DNA of 64,000 bases, taken from Lytechinus pictus (taxonomy: Eukaryota). Position 1 is the stretch's first letter; every line of letters starts with the position of its first letter. The notes beneath the pieces were generated by a model. It was not told the origin of the DNA, did no database searches, and worked only from the letters and a program-made list of their open reading frames with translations. The translations under genes and the position numbers were made by a program. The stretch covers positions 16,616,001 through 16,680,000 of the forward strand of contig NC_087257.1 of assembly GCF_037042905.1 (NCBI RefSeq), given 5' to 3'. Below, one piece after another: positions 41,201 to 51,064 of this stretch.

Positions 41201-44200
41201 TCTGATTAAAAAACATTGATGAAGTATGTGATATGGTATGTAATGTCAGTTACCGAAAACATGAACTTTTTTTTCTCATTTCCTGGAAAAGAGGATATAT
41301 CATATGAAACTTGGTAGATTTCCTCTCTAGGTAACACCCCTCCCTTCTACACCAAAATTAAAGATTACCAATTAACAATGAAGCCATAGGGTACCATTAA
41401 ATATATGTAATGTCAGTTACCAAGTGGAAAATGTAATGTCAGTTACCGAGATGTAATGTCAGTTACCATGATAAAACGTTGGTTACCAATATTGAAATGC
41501 AAATATGTGGTCAATTTTATGGTGAAGAAATATTGTATACTTGTTATTTAAATCTTTCACTTTAAAAGTCACACCGGAAGGAGCTTGCTATTCACTTTTA
41601 AAAGGTATAGTTCACAAGGAATACTATTTGAAATTATGAAGGAAGTTGCATTCCCATCATGCAAAAAAAAATTACTATGAAATTGTTTTGTACATGCACT
41701 TACCAAGTACCCAATTGTTTGTATCAGACAATTTTTTTTTTTGGGGGGGTAGGGGGTACTTTTCCCAACCTATTGCCTAAATCTGCAACATTTTTTAAGC
41801 TTAACATTGTGATGAAGGGGATTTCCAGGGTCCCTTTTTTAGTTTTTTATACACCTTTTAGTAGTGTGGATGTATGATACAATTTTGTTTTTGGTGTACA
41901 AGTATAGATGAAAAGTGATATTTGACAGTTCTGATCAATGTTGCATGGATCTACTAAAACTTTTTTTTTTCTAATTTACAAATAGTTCAGTTTCAGTTTA
42001 GAAGCTGGAGTTTATTTTTTGTTCACAGCTTAAAAAAGAAATTAGCAAAGAAAATGATTAAACAAATTATGAAGAGAATTGAAATCCGACAGATATGAAT
42101 AAGCACTGCTTGCACTGACCAGAATAGAAATCAATAAAACTACATGGCTGCATGAGATTCGGGGGAGAGGTACGTGTAGCCTAGGGGAGGAGACCCTTAT
42201 TCATTTTGCCTTTTTTGAGGGGAGGGGGAGGTTGGAGAAGGAAAAGGTTTAAAAAGTCAATATAAAACTGATGAATATATTATGGGTGTATAGTCAGAAA
42301 AATCCATGTGTACAGTCAATGCAATATTAAATTACTATAGGAAAACATGTAGCTGCTATGACCCCACCCCCCCCCCCCCCGAGTAAGTAAAACATACATT
42401 TCTTATCTTTTGATAATTAAAAATGTGAAGTATTATGAAACTTTTATTATTTTAAAACGCCTTACATATAAGTACCAAGAAAATTATGCCTTTGAAAATC
42501 ATATAGCACTGGTAAATGTTAATGTGTATTGTCAGTTACCGACAAGTTATGATAAAAATGTTCAAATCAAAGAAAGGAACTAAGAAAAAGAAAAAGTTTT
42601 TTCATTGAAATGTTCCTAGAAACTCGGGTATACTTCCACATCAAGCTCACTTTCATGTGAAGCCCTGCACAGAAGATACAATGCAATGATTCCCCACATT
42701 TGACTTCCATGTGTTATCTCTATGGCAAATTAAGTGTAATGTCAGTTACCGTAATGTCAGTTACCAGCATGGTTGTGGAAAAATTATCATAGCCCCCAAA
42801 AGACAAAAACGAATTGTTTAATATTTTGACACATCTTAACCTAGTAACGGAGGTATATTTACATATTCAAATTATTACTCTATCTACTCAGGGACATGAG
42901 ATATTTCAATTTCACTGAACACCCTGAAATTGCATGTCCTTTTGCGTAATGTCAGTTACCGACACATTTTTGCTTGCTGATGCGTAAAAAAATGTGGTTA
43001 CATAGGAAAACTTAGTATCAGAGTATACAGCAAGGTTCACTTTATTAACTCTATCAAAAGCAAACTCCCATCATTTGTTGTTTTGGAGATACACACAATG
43101 AAAGGTGTGAAAACATTGTGCCGTGTAATGTCAGTTACCGTGAAAATGCCCATATGCACAAAACATGTGCGCCTGTAATTCACTTCTTTTAAGTCAATTT
43201 TTCGAACTGATCGAGTCGAACGGATTTAGAGGCATCTCCAGCTTATTAGCCAGATTTCTCTACATAACAGTACAATGACAAATAGCAACAAATTTTCTTC
43301 AAAATTGAAAATTCTTTTCTAAGAATTTGACACGTCAAATGATACATATATGGCCTATATAATACCTTATACCTATATAATACCATATAATACCTATATA
43401 ATACCATATAGGGCCTGTATAATAACTTTATACAAAACAAGATATTTATGGAGCTACATGACTTCATGAAACTAGATCAATTTCTTTTATATGCATGTGA
43501 TACTGTAGTATCCTTTCCATATCTATTATAGTCACCACTTCTTTTCACAAGTTATGGTCATTTTTCATTTTATTGCCATTCTCACACCGTCGACATATTT
43601 GACCCGACTAATAAAATCTTGCTCCCCTTTGAAGCGGAGCAATAAATCAGGGCATCTTGACACGCTTTTGTGCGAAGTTCAAAGGCGCTCGTCGGACCAC
43701 TGCTCAGACACCACGCTGACTGATCCCTTTAAATAGCTCCCTTGCTTGTCCATCACTGGAGGGGTAAGCTAAAGGAATGTGCTCCTGTTTTGCCTGAGTT
43801 ATGGCTCTCATCAATAAAGGTTGATGGACACGTCTTACAAGTGGCTTCATATGGGGGCATCAGCAAGGGATATTTTTAGAAGGGAAGGCTTTTCGGTCCA
43901 TGGACTGTTTACTGCGTAGGGTTCAATGAAAATATCTTTAATATCTTTCCCTCACAATGGTTCAGAGTGTTATAGAGGCAGCATGATTTCATGTTTTCTA
44001 GAAAATTGTTTTATGTGAACTTCTTTTACAAAACTACAGGGTCTCTTCTGAAGAGCAACCTATAGCAATTGGGCCTAATTTATTTTTAAACTTTATTTTC
44101 ATCACTCCATATTCACCAAGGGGGGAGGGTGGAATCAGTAGGTGGTTTCAAACCGCCTCAATCATAAGAATCCCTGTTAAATTACTTGCATTTTTAAGGC

Positions 44201-47200
44201 TAAAAAATACCCATTAATTATTCCTGCATTCACACCCTTCAGGATAAGTTCCTGAAGTTACCAGCATGTGCAGTATGGTTTGATAAGCAAGCAAGGCGCG
44301 AGATTCAAAATCACTAGCTCAGCAGCCAACCACGGCGCCCGCACCCAAATACACGCTGGGCTAAAAGTTCCCGTAAATTGCTTTTCACACTGCCAAAATA
44401 CCTGCGACCTTGGAAAAATCCCTGCGAAAGTTCTCGTAATTTTGACAAGTACCTACTATTTAGTGGGTATTTTCTTTCGGGAGATACCTGGAACTAACAA
44501 ACTGTGAGGCGGTCTGAAACTGCCTAGTATTCATGCCTACTGCAAATGGGGCTATTTTCTTGTACATTTACATCATGATGTTTATCAAACAAATCATCTG
44601 TATAGGCCCTTCAGAACTCTTAATGGATTTTCAAAGGGAGATAATTTTCTCCATTTTTTTTTTTTGGGGGGGGGGGTTACAATATTAACTCCTTAACCCT
44701 TTTCTCTCTCGACCTTACAAAGAATTGAAGATGCTCACCAGGAGCCTGTAACACTAAGCTTAGCAATCAATCGTAGAACATTTTTTCCACGATTGATTGC
44801 ACCGACCACAATGTACAATTGATCGTTTAAAATAAAGCATATGATCAATCGCTATCCTTTGTGCTAAAGGCCCCTGATGTCTATTCACGAACCATCGAAT
44901 TGTCTCGACAGATTGAAAATTACATCAGCATCAAATACCAACTGCATGAACAAGAAATGAACACTTTTAATTTATCCTATGAACAGCACCCTCTAATAAT
45001 TGTGGCCTAAAAAAGAAGGGGCTAAATTTCTTGATTTCTCCTATAAATGGCATCCTCCAATACATGGCTTTGAAATGAGAATGGAAGGAGCTCAATTTTG
45101 TAATATCTCCTATTTATAGCAACTTCCAATATCTGGCTTTAAAAAAGAGAAGGAAAGGGAGAGATCTACATTTCTTAATATCCCCTATAAATAGCATCCT
45201 CTAATTAAATTGGCTTCCAAAAGAAGGGGGGAAAAGAGCTTAATTTCCATAATGAATCTTTCTTGACTGATTAAATTCACTGGGGCATCTTCAACCAGAT
45301 CTAAATTTAAATTCCCAACCGCAGCGCTGCTTCCATGCTCTCCGCACGGTGGCTATAAGTCTGCCTGACCGATAAAACAGAAATAGAAAGACGGTGTTAA
45401 AAATACAGAGAATCAACCAACCAAGGGTGATATTAAAGGTCAAGTCCACTTCAGAAAAATGTTGATTTGAATCAATAGAGAAAAATCAGACAAGCACAAT
45501 GCTGAAAATTTCATCAAAATCGGATGTAAAATAAGAAAGTTATGACATTTCAAAGTTTTGCTTATTTTTAACAAAATAGTTATATGAACGAGCCAGTTAC
45601 ATCCAAATGAGAGAGTCGATGATGTCATTCACTCACTATTTCTTTTGTTTTTTATTGTTTGAATAATACAATATTTCAATTTTTACGAATTTGATGATTA
45701 GGACCTCCTTGCCTGAAGCACAAAATGTTAAAATAATGGAATCCCATGTGTTCAGGGAGGAATGAAACTTCATTTCACATGACAATGGCGAGAAAATCTA
45801 AATATTTCATATTTCATATAATAAAATACAAAAGAAATAGTGAGTGAGTGATGTCATCAGTTCCCTCATTTGCATACCGATCGAGATGTGCATATAACTG
45901 TTTTGTGAAATGAAGCGAAACTTTAAAATATTATAACTTTCTTATTTTACATCCGATTTTGATGAAATTTTCAGTGTTATGCTTGTTGAATTTTTCTCTT
46001 TTTATTCAAATCAAGTTTTTGTTGGAGTGGACTTGTCCTTTAACTATGCCTTGGGGCGGTATTCTTGATCATTAGGAAAAGATGAATTCCTCATCTCGTC
46101 TGTTCTCCTCGATAAAATCTGATCAGCAATCTCATTAACTTCTTTTTAAAGATTAATGCGAGTATGTGGTAACGAATTCAAAATGACTTCGTACAGAATC
46201 CAATGAAATGACCATCCAAGTATCAGAATGTAGAGCGTCGAGGCCCAGTGGATTAGTCTACGGACTTTGAAACAGAGGGTCGTGGGTTCAAATCCCAGCC
46301 ATGGCGTAATTTCCTTCAGCAAAGAATTCATCCACAGTGTACTGCACTCGACCCAGGTGAGGTAAATGGGTACCGGCAGGAAGTAATCCCTCAAAAAGCT
46401 GAGTGCACCTGAATACGTAGCCTAGCTTAGCCGGGTAATAATAATAGCAGGGCCCGCTGGGAGAACAGTTTTCAGAACTGAAGTGGCTACCCTGGGTAAA
46501 TATACCGTTATTATTATTATCACTAATGTTATGTATGAAAAATATGCATCAGAGGATTGTGGAAGAAATTGTTTAATTGCTACGTAATTAGCAAAATAAG
46601 CATGATGTTACATGAAATGTTGGGTCTTTTTCCAAGTAATATTTACACAGTGTCCCATATGTGCTTATCGGTGTTGGTGATCTTCGGTGCAATTACTTTT
46701 TCAGCTTAAATTTCATAATTTCACAAAGCTCAGTTTATGTATCTGTACCAGATCTAAGTCTTTGATGATAAAGTGACTATTAAGTTATTAAACTTGGTTT
46801 TACAGACTTTCTCATCAAATTGGCGTTTACTGCAACTTCTTTCATTTATCTTTAATATGGCTTTATTCTCAGAAACGAAAACCAGACAAAGGGCCCCAGC
46901 TACCACACAAGACATGCTCGTTTGAAAAAAAAAAAAACCAGACCAACAGTGTATCATTTCATATGGCTTTTCTATTTCCTGTTTTTCTTAAACTTTATTT
47001 TTGTCCAAATCTTTGAAATTAAATATACTGTCTATTTATGCTCATTGCATGTTATGTCAGGAACTAGGACAGTGTAGGAGGGGAAATTGCATAAAGGTTA
47101 TTACACAAGAGGAAAATATTCTCAAAACTGGGAATTTGTCACGAGTCAGACCACCCCGCAATTCATAAGTTCCAGGTATTCTCTGATCAGGAAATTTACC

Positions 47201-50200
47201 ATGATCCACCCCGATCAGAAAATACCAAGTATTTTTGCCAATGTGAAAGCAAAATACCTACATATCCCCAAAATAAAAATACCTGCTAGATAGTAGGTAC
47301 GTGCCGGAATCAAGAGGACTTTCTCAACCCACCGATAGTCGGGCGCGGGCACCATAGGACTGCTGAGCAAGCGATTTGAATTGCCTGAAAGAAAATACCT
47401 GCTAAATAGTAGGTACTTGCCAAGATTACACGAACTTTCCCAATCCAGCAATTAGTTAAGCACAGACACCATACATGTAGGGCTGAGTGAGCGATTTTGA
47501 ACTGTGCGCCTTGCCTGCTAATCTGACCATAGTGCACATGCTCGTAACTTTGAAAACTTACCCCCAAAGGGTCTGCTCTAATAGGGTCGGTATAAATGCA
47601 GAAAATAATTATTGGGCATTTTGAGCCTGAACAAGTTCTGGTATTCTGGTGATCAAGGCGGTCTGCATACACCTTGTGTACAAGTAGGCCTACATGAGGT
47701 TTCTCTTGCATCTAATCTATAACAGTGTTCACATGCAGATCTCTCTGAAAGAGAGGAACCAATTTCTTTCGCAGGAGTTGTACGACTGACTAAAATTGTA
47801 TTTCAATTTTTTTTTAACAATAAGGCAAAGGTTTTTTTCTTCATTCAAACACATTCACACATGAAAAACTCAATACATAAGCCTACACAATTGGATGAAC
47901 TATTATGCAATAATCACGTCGACTCCAAACTGATTCGACGGTATATGTGTCGGTCTGGAGTCGGTTTCGGCCCGTGTGACTGAGGGGTTTATGGCTTTGG
48001 GACAAACTCTCAGCTTTCTGTGACCAATGGATGGATGGATACAAGTGCGCCTTGATTTACAGCTGCCTGTGATGCAGGGGGATGGAGCAGAACCGATGAT
48101 GAAAATTTATGGCTAGTCTGCAGGAGATTCCAGCTGCCTTGAATGACTCCCTAGACAGAAGGAAAGTAGTGCAAAAGCACTTTTGCTGAGACTTTGTTAT
48201 GATTCCTTAAACAAACTCCACAAGGCACAAAGGTATCCCATACGGTGGTGCACTCAGCTGAAATCTTAAAAAAAAAATCATTCATGCACTTTCTATACAT
48301 GTAGTTCTTTGAAGAGTCCAATAAACCTTTGCTTTTATTAATGCATCTAGGGGGAGTGTGAAAATAACTTTATAAATATGATTTTTGTGAAACTCAAAAT
48401 TTTCCTCTCCATAGTCAGTGGGTGACCTTGATGTCTTCAATATTGTAAGAAGCAATGTTTGTTCAAAACACAGGATTGATATTAGGTGGTTTCAAACCGC
48501 CTCGATCATGAGAATCCCCGTTAAATTACGAGAACTTTTTAAGGCTAAAAAATACCCATTAATTATTCCTGCATTCACCCCGCCCCGAAACATACCCACG
48601 GGATAAGTTCCTGAAGTTACGAGCATGCGCATTATGGTCTGATTAGCAAGCAAGGCGTGAGATCCAAAATCACTAGCTCAGCAGCCACCCAAGGCGCCTG
48701 CTCCCAACTACATGCTAGGCTAAAAGTTCCAGTAAATTTCTTTCACATTGCCAAAATACCTGCGACCTTGGGAAAAATCCCCACGAAAGTTCTCGTAATT
48801 TTGACAAGTACCTACTATTTAGTGGGTATTTTCTTTCGGGAAGATTACGCGTAATTTGCTTTCACATTGCCAATATTACCTGGTATTTTCTGATCGGGGT
48901 AAATTTCCCGATCAGAAAATACCTGGAACTGACGATCTTCGAGGCGGTCTGAACCCACCTATTGCACACTTTTCTTTCTATCAAGAAAACATTCTAAATT
49001 TATTCAATATTATCCTCGAACCCTTGACCCAGAAGTTACATCAGGCAACTTGTTATAAGTCAGTGCTTCCTCTTTTAGCAAGAATCAAGGCACTATGCTC
49101 TTTTCACAGCTTTCCACAGACCTGCCAACCTCTGGGAATGAAAAATTGTACTTAAAAAAAATGTATTATTCCCCAAAAAACTGTATTTCATAATAAAATG
49201 CATGGCGCGCATGCTCATCGCGATGCTCAAGCTGCATGCAAGCTAAATTGCGCACTGCTCTTGCAGATGAAAAAAAAAAACATTGAAACACGTGTATATC
49301 TCACCCTGGTTTTAATAAAATGATTGAAAAAAAAAAGTTACCTGAAATTACATTGATCCAATAACCATATTTTTTTGTAAGTTTCATGAAATAGAGACAT
49401 ATAGAGATGATTTTTCTCAATAAATTACGATTAAAAAAAATGTTTTTTTTTTTAAACGAAATCATATTTTTAAAATTAAAAACGTACTGTCATATTTTGG
49501 TTGAAAAAACGTACTAAATACGCCAAAAACATACTGGTTGGCAGCTCTGTTTCCACTGCATTATTTTCCATCATTAAATCTGTGATGAAATGTGAGGATT
49601 GGCTATGGAAAGCTGCCAGTGACAAGCCGGCAGGAGAGATGAAGCTCTTACGTTTGACAAGGTGTCTTATAAAATTGTGAGCAACATACCACAGCTGAGC
49701 CCAGTGTTGTTTTCCATCTTGGACTGCATCCGCCCAACTCCGGGAAAGGGTCGGGTACCTGAGCCTCGTCGCCATCGCTGCCCCCGCTGCTGCTCTCGCT
49801 CTGCCCTCTCTGCGGGAACGACGAGCTGAGCGGGGCGGTGGCCACCGGCTCTCGCAGATCCTCCGGCATCGACTTGCTCCTCCACTCGCGGTCGAGGCGC
49901 GGAATGAACCGAGAGGTGAGACTCGAGCTGTGTTGCAGCTGATGCCTTTGGTGGTGGTGATGGTGGTGGTTGTTGGTGACGTGATGATTGTTGCTATGGT
50001 TTTGATTGTGGGGTGAGGTGGGTTGTGTTCTCGTGGGCGTGGCTGGCTGACTGGCTTGCCGACACAAGTAGATTCCATTCAGACCGCCCTGCTGTGCCGA
50101 TAGATGGTTGTTTAACGACTCGGTGCTGGCCAACAAAGGCCTATCTTCGTTATATGTAGGAAAGGAATTCATGCCGTTAACTAGGGCATCCAAGTCCACG

Positions 50201-50709
50201 TCGTCTGTAAGAAGATACACAAAGAAGAAAGAACACTTTAAGATTACATTATGATAAAATCTCTGAGGCTCTCTCATGAATATCTGAGGATATCAGATTT
50301 TGAAAATGCTTCCAAGATACCCAACCTGAAAAAAGAAATGAAAATGTTAAATTCTCAACACATATACCTCTCTTATACATCTCTATCATGTGAGACAGAC
50401 TTCAAAGAATACTTGTGAGTCTTTACCTATATCTAAGACAGCGGAGGAGAATAAATCTTCAAGCATATACCGATGGAGCGACTATAATCCCCGGCAGCTC
50501 AGGAATGATTAATAGAAAAGAAACTTTGAAGATACAAAAGGAAAGTGAGACAGCATGAAAGACATGCGCATCATTCACTCACCACTAGACGTGTCTTCGC
50601 TACTGTTCCCCTTGCTCAGCCGGCCAAGCGCCATGTGATGATCGTTAATGGAACACAGTGAGCCGCCTAGCCTTCCGTGATACTGCGTTGACGTCTCCAT
50701 CATCTCCAT
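20095..50709 (-). CDS. GRB10: GRB7/GRB10/GRB14-family adaptor (RA-PH-BPS-SH2), 13 coding exons: 50709-50583, 50204-49690, 39397-39320, 33712-33553, 30269-30148, 28138-28046, 27056-26916, 26142-26032, 25383-25198, 24609-24493, 22679-22472, 20912-20731, 20226-20095; 2172 nt, about 723 aa
   Basis: All introns are GT-AG and phase-compatible. Family motifs: [29 protein letters not shown]...WSLVEE...ERTLEDHE (RA), [35 protein letters not shown] (PH), [19 protein letters not shown] (BPS), QPWFH...FLIRES...[20 protein letters not shown] (SH2). Probably a single pro-orthologue of GRB7/10/14, so the symbol is nominal. N-terminal exon choices are less certain than the RA to SH2 part. Confidence 0.9.
20731..20912 (-). 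CDS. GRB-like SH2 exon 1
   Basis: [11 protein letters not shown]...[18 protein letters not shown]...VKHYQI; ATG|gtgagt. Confidence 0.96.
21129..22136. mobile_element. About 1-kb non-autonomous hAT-like element
   Basis: Clustered GATTTAAATC subterminal repeats at both ends, right end aaccctg; internal 40-bp tandem duplication near 21593-21670. Confidence 0.65.
22258..22523 (-). repeat. Three tandem 87-89-bp units of exon 3' end plus 5' splice site
   Basis: ctcacc(t/c)gagttgatacc...ctgg..t.atgatgac recurs with donors at 22295, 22382 and 22471. Confidence 0.9.
22472..22679 (-). CDS. GRB-like Ser/Pro-rich BPS-SH2 linker exon
   Basis: ttttgcag| and CAG|gtgagt; phase 0 to 1 bridges the BPS and SH2 exons. 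Confidence 0.88.
24493..24609 (-). CDS. GRB-like BPS domain exon
   Basis: [31 protein letters not shown]; AGG|gtaaga. Confidence 0.95.
25198..25383 (-). CDS. GRB-like PH domain exon 3
   Basis: [36 protein letters not shown]; CAG|gtatgt. Confidence 0.93.
25850..26001. mobile_element. Short MITE related to 11883-12041
   Basis: ggcccactccataaaa ... ttttatgaaaccggccc, central attggc. Confidence 0.6.
26032..26142 (-). CDS. GRB-like PH domain exon 2
   Basis: [17 protein letters not shown]...[13 protein letters not shown]; ctttctag| and AAG|gtgagt. Confidence 0.93.
26270..26960 (-). repeat. About six degenerate 120-140-bp tandem units containing the PH exon 1 3' end plus donor
   Basis: tcc.tttggaggagtagtacagt..gattccctga recurs near 26275, 26399, 26538, 26646, 26784 and 26924 (the real exon). 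Confidence 0.85.
26916..27056 (-). CDS. GRB-like PH domain exon 1 (true frame differs from the listed ORF)
   Basis: [47 protein letters not shown]; AAG|gtaatt. Confidence 0.95.
27335..27465. other. Assembly gap (N run) inside a GRB intron
   Basis: Ns; flanking exons are phase-compatible, so no exon is required in the gap. Confidence 0.99.
28046..28138 (-). CDS. GRB-like RA-PH linker exon
   Basis: QFFPAHMV...; cctgcag| and CTG|gtgagt; phase 0 to 0. Confidence 0.85.
30148..30269 (-). CDS. GRB-like RA domain exon 2
   Basis: [13 protein letters not shown]...[10 protein letters not shown]; donor |gtaagt. Confidence 0.93.
33553..33712 (-). CDS. GRB-like RA domain exon 1
   Basis: [14 protein letters not shown]...[12 protein letters not shown]; tctctcag| and G|gtaaga. 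Confidence 0.93.
37345..37870. repeat. Degenerate tandem array, about 145-165-bp unit
   Basis: caattgcc near 37355, 37517, 37661, 37825, with recurring ctgatta..aggctgg.tttcac and ttgtaatca. Confidence 0.75.
38722..39202. mobile_element. MITE interrupted by a SINE
   Basis: About 55-bp imperfect TIRs (gatccaatcaatcgtaactctatggaaa / tttccatagttgtgattgattggatc), ctg and cag flanks. Confidence 0.75.
38777..38986 (+). mobile_element. tRNA-derived SINE, family B, nested in a MITE
   Basis: TAGCTCAGTCGGTAGAGC A box, GGTTCGATTCCC B box, tRNA-unrelated body, A-rich end. Confidence 0.8.
39320..39397 (-). CDS. GRB-like 78-nt linker exon ([13 protein letters not shown]...ITQ)
   Basis: Acceptor tttctcgcag|, donor CAG|gtaggt, symmetric phase 0; no strong homology support. 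Confidence 0.65.
39705..39790. repeat. Imperfect (GAT/GGT)n microsatellite
   Basis: Seen directly. Confidence 0.8.
39991..40390. mobile_element. Harbinger-like MITE, CpG-rich
   Basis: TIR core tgcaccatccc / gggatggtgca, internal aatctcgagatt palindromes. Confidence 0.7.
40883..43151. mobile_element. 2.27-kb non-autonomous DNA transposon with nine copies of a 15-mer
   Basis: Perfect 12-bp TIR GGGCATTTTCAC / GTGAAAATGCCC, ATAT on both flanks, no transposase ORF. Confidence 0.8.
44140..44525 (+). mobile_element. Same MITE family, internally deleted copy
   Basis: High similarity to 48484-48960, TSD AGT. Confidence 0.85.
44741..44873. mobile_element. Short MITE (relatives near 4325-4450 and 28694-28827)
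   Basis: cag|gagcctgtaacactaag ... ctttgtgctaaaggccc|ctg, shared caatcaatcg internal motifs. Confidence 0.65.
44975..45250. repeat. Degenerate minisatellite, four units of about 65-72 bp
   Basis: cctata/cctatg...gcatcctc.aat...tggc...gaagg recurs four times. Confidence 0.7.
45437..46039. mobile_element. Kolobok-like non-autonomous element
   Basis: TTAA|AGG ... CCT|TTAA, about 120-bp imperfect TIRs. Confidence 0.85.
46233..46520 (+). mobile_element. tRNA-derived SINE, family A head and core with a different 3' tail
   Basis: B box GGTTCAAATCC, same core, divergent last ~70 nt, (TTA)n end. Confidence 0.88.
47146..47674 (-). mobile_element. Same MITE family, inverted and more diverged copy
   Basis: Reverse complement shares aagtacctactatttag, ctgatcgggg and caaggcgc blocks. 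Confidence 0.75.
48484..48960 (+). mobile_element. MITE with ANT target duplication, full copy
   Basis: TIR aggtggtttcaaaccgcctcga / tcgaggcggtctgaacccacct, TSD ATT. Confidence 0.85.
49690..50204 (-). CDS. GRB-like N-terminal exon ([10 protein letters not shown], His-rich tract, [14 protein letters not shown])
   Basis: Acceptor ttcttacag|; donor GTG|gtatgt chosen because it keeps the family PxPFPEL motif in phase 0. Confidence 0.85.
50583..50709 (-). CDS. GRB-like start-codon exon, coding part (MEMMET...DTSS); exon begins at 50797
   Basis: Long pyrimidine tract + ctatag| acceptor, in-frame TAA at exon start, gccATGG, donor AGTG|gtgagt in phase 1 matching the next exon. Confidence 0.7.
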
Positions 50710-51064
50710 GGCAACGCAAGAATCTCGGGATGAGACTACCGACTGAGATGCCACAAATGAGGCTCGTTTGCTAATTAGTTCTTGCCTCAACCTTTACCTA
50801 TAGTGGATAGAAAGAAGAAAAAAAAGAGAGAGATAAGACATTGATATTAATTAGAAAAGGCCCAGAATTTTCGCCAATTTATAGCTTGACGAGTATCAAT
50901 GACTCATTATAGTGGGAGGGGGCTGGTGGATTTGAGCTGAAAAAAGTGAGAAAATGCAGCTTCGTGGTAATTAAAAGCCATTCTGCGTGTATGGCAGCCA
51001 GACAATACAGTATATAACATGGATCATTAGCAGAAAGACATACAAAGTATATCTTCTTCCACAT

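Noticed and set aside
41240-43139. CRISPR-like repeat-spacer array of the 15-mer
   Set aside because: Spacing is irregular (0 to over 1000 nt), the context is eukaryotic, it lies inside a TIR element and there are no cas genes.
49759-49759. CAG|gtaccc as the main donor of the N-terminal exon
   Set aside because: It would drop the conserved PDPFPEL motif; GTG|gtatgt at 49689 is stronger and in phase. Kept only as a possible alternative.
49476-50078. 200-aa overlapping alternative-frame ORF
   Set aside because: GC-rich, low-complexity shadow of the real exon with no independent support.
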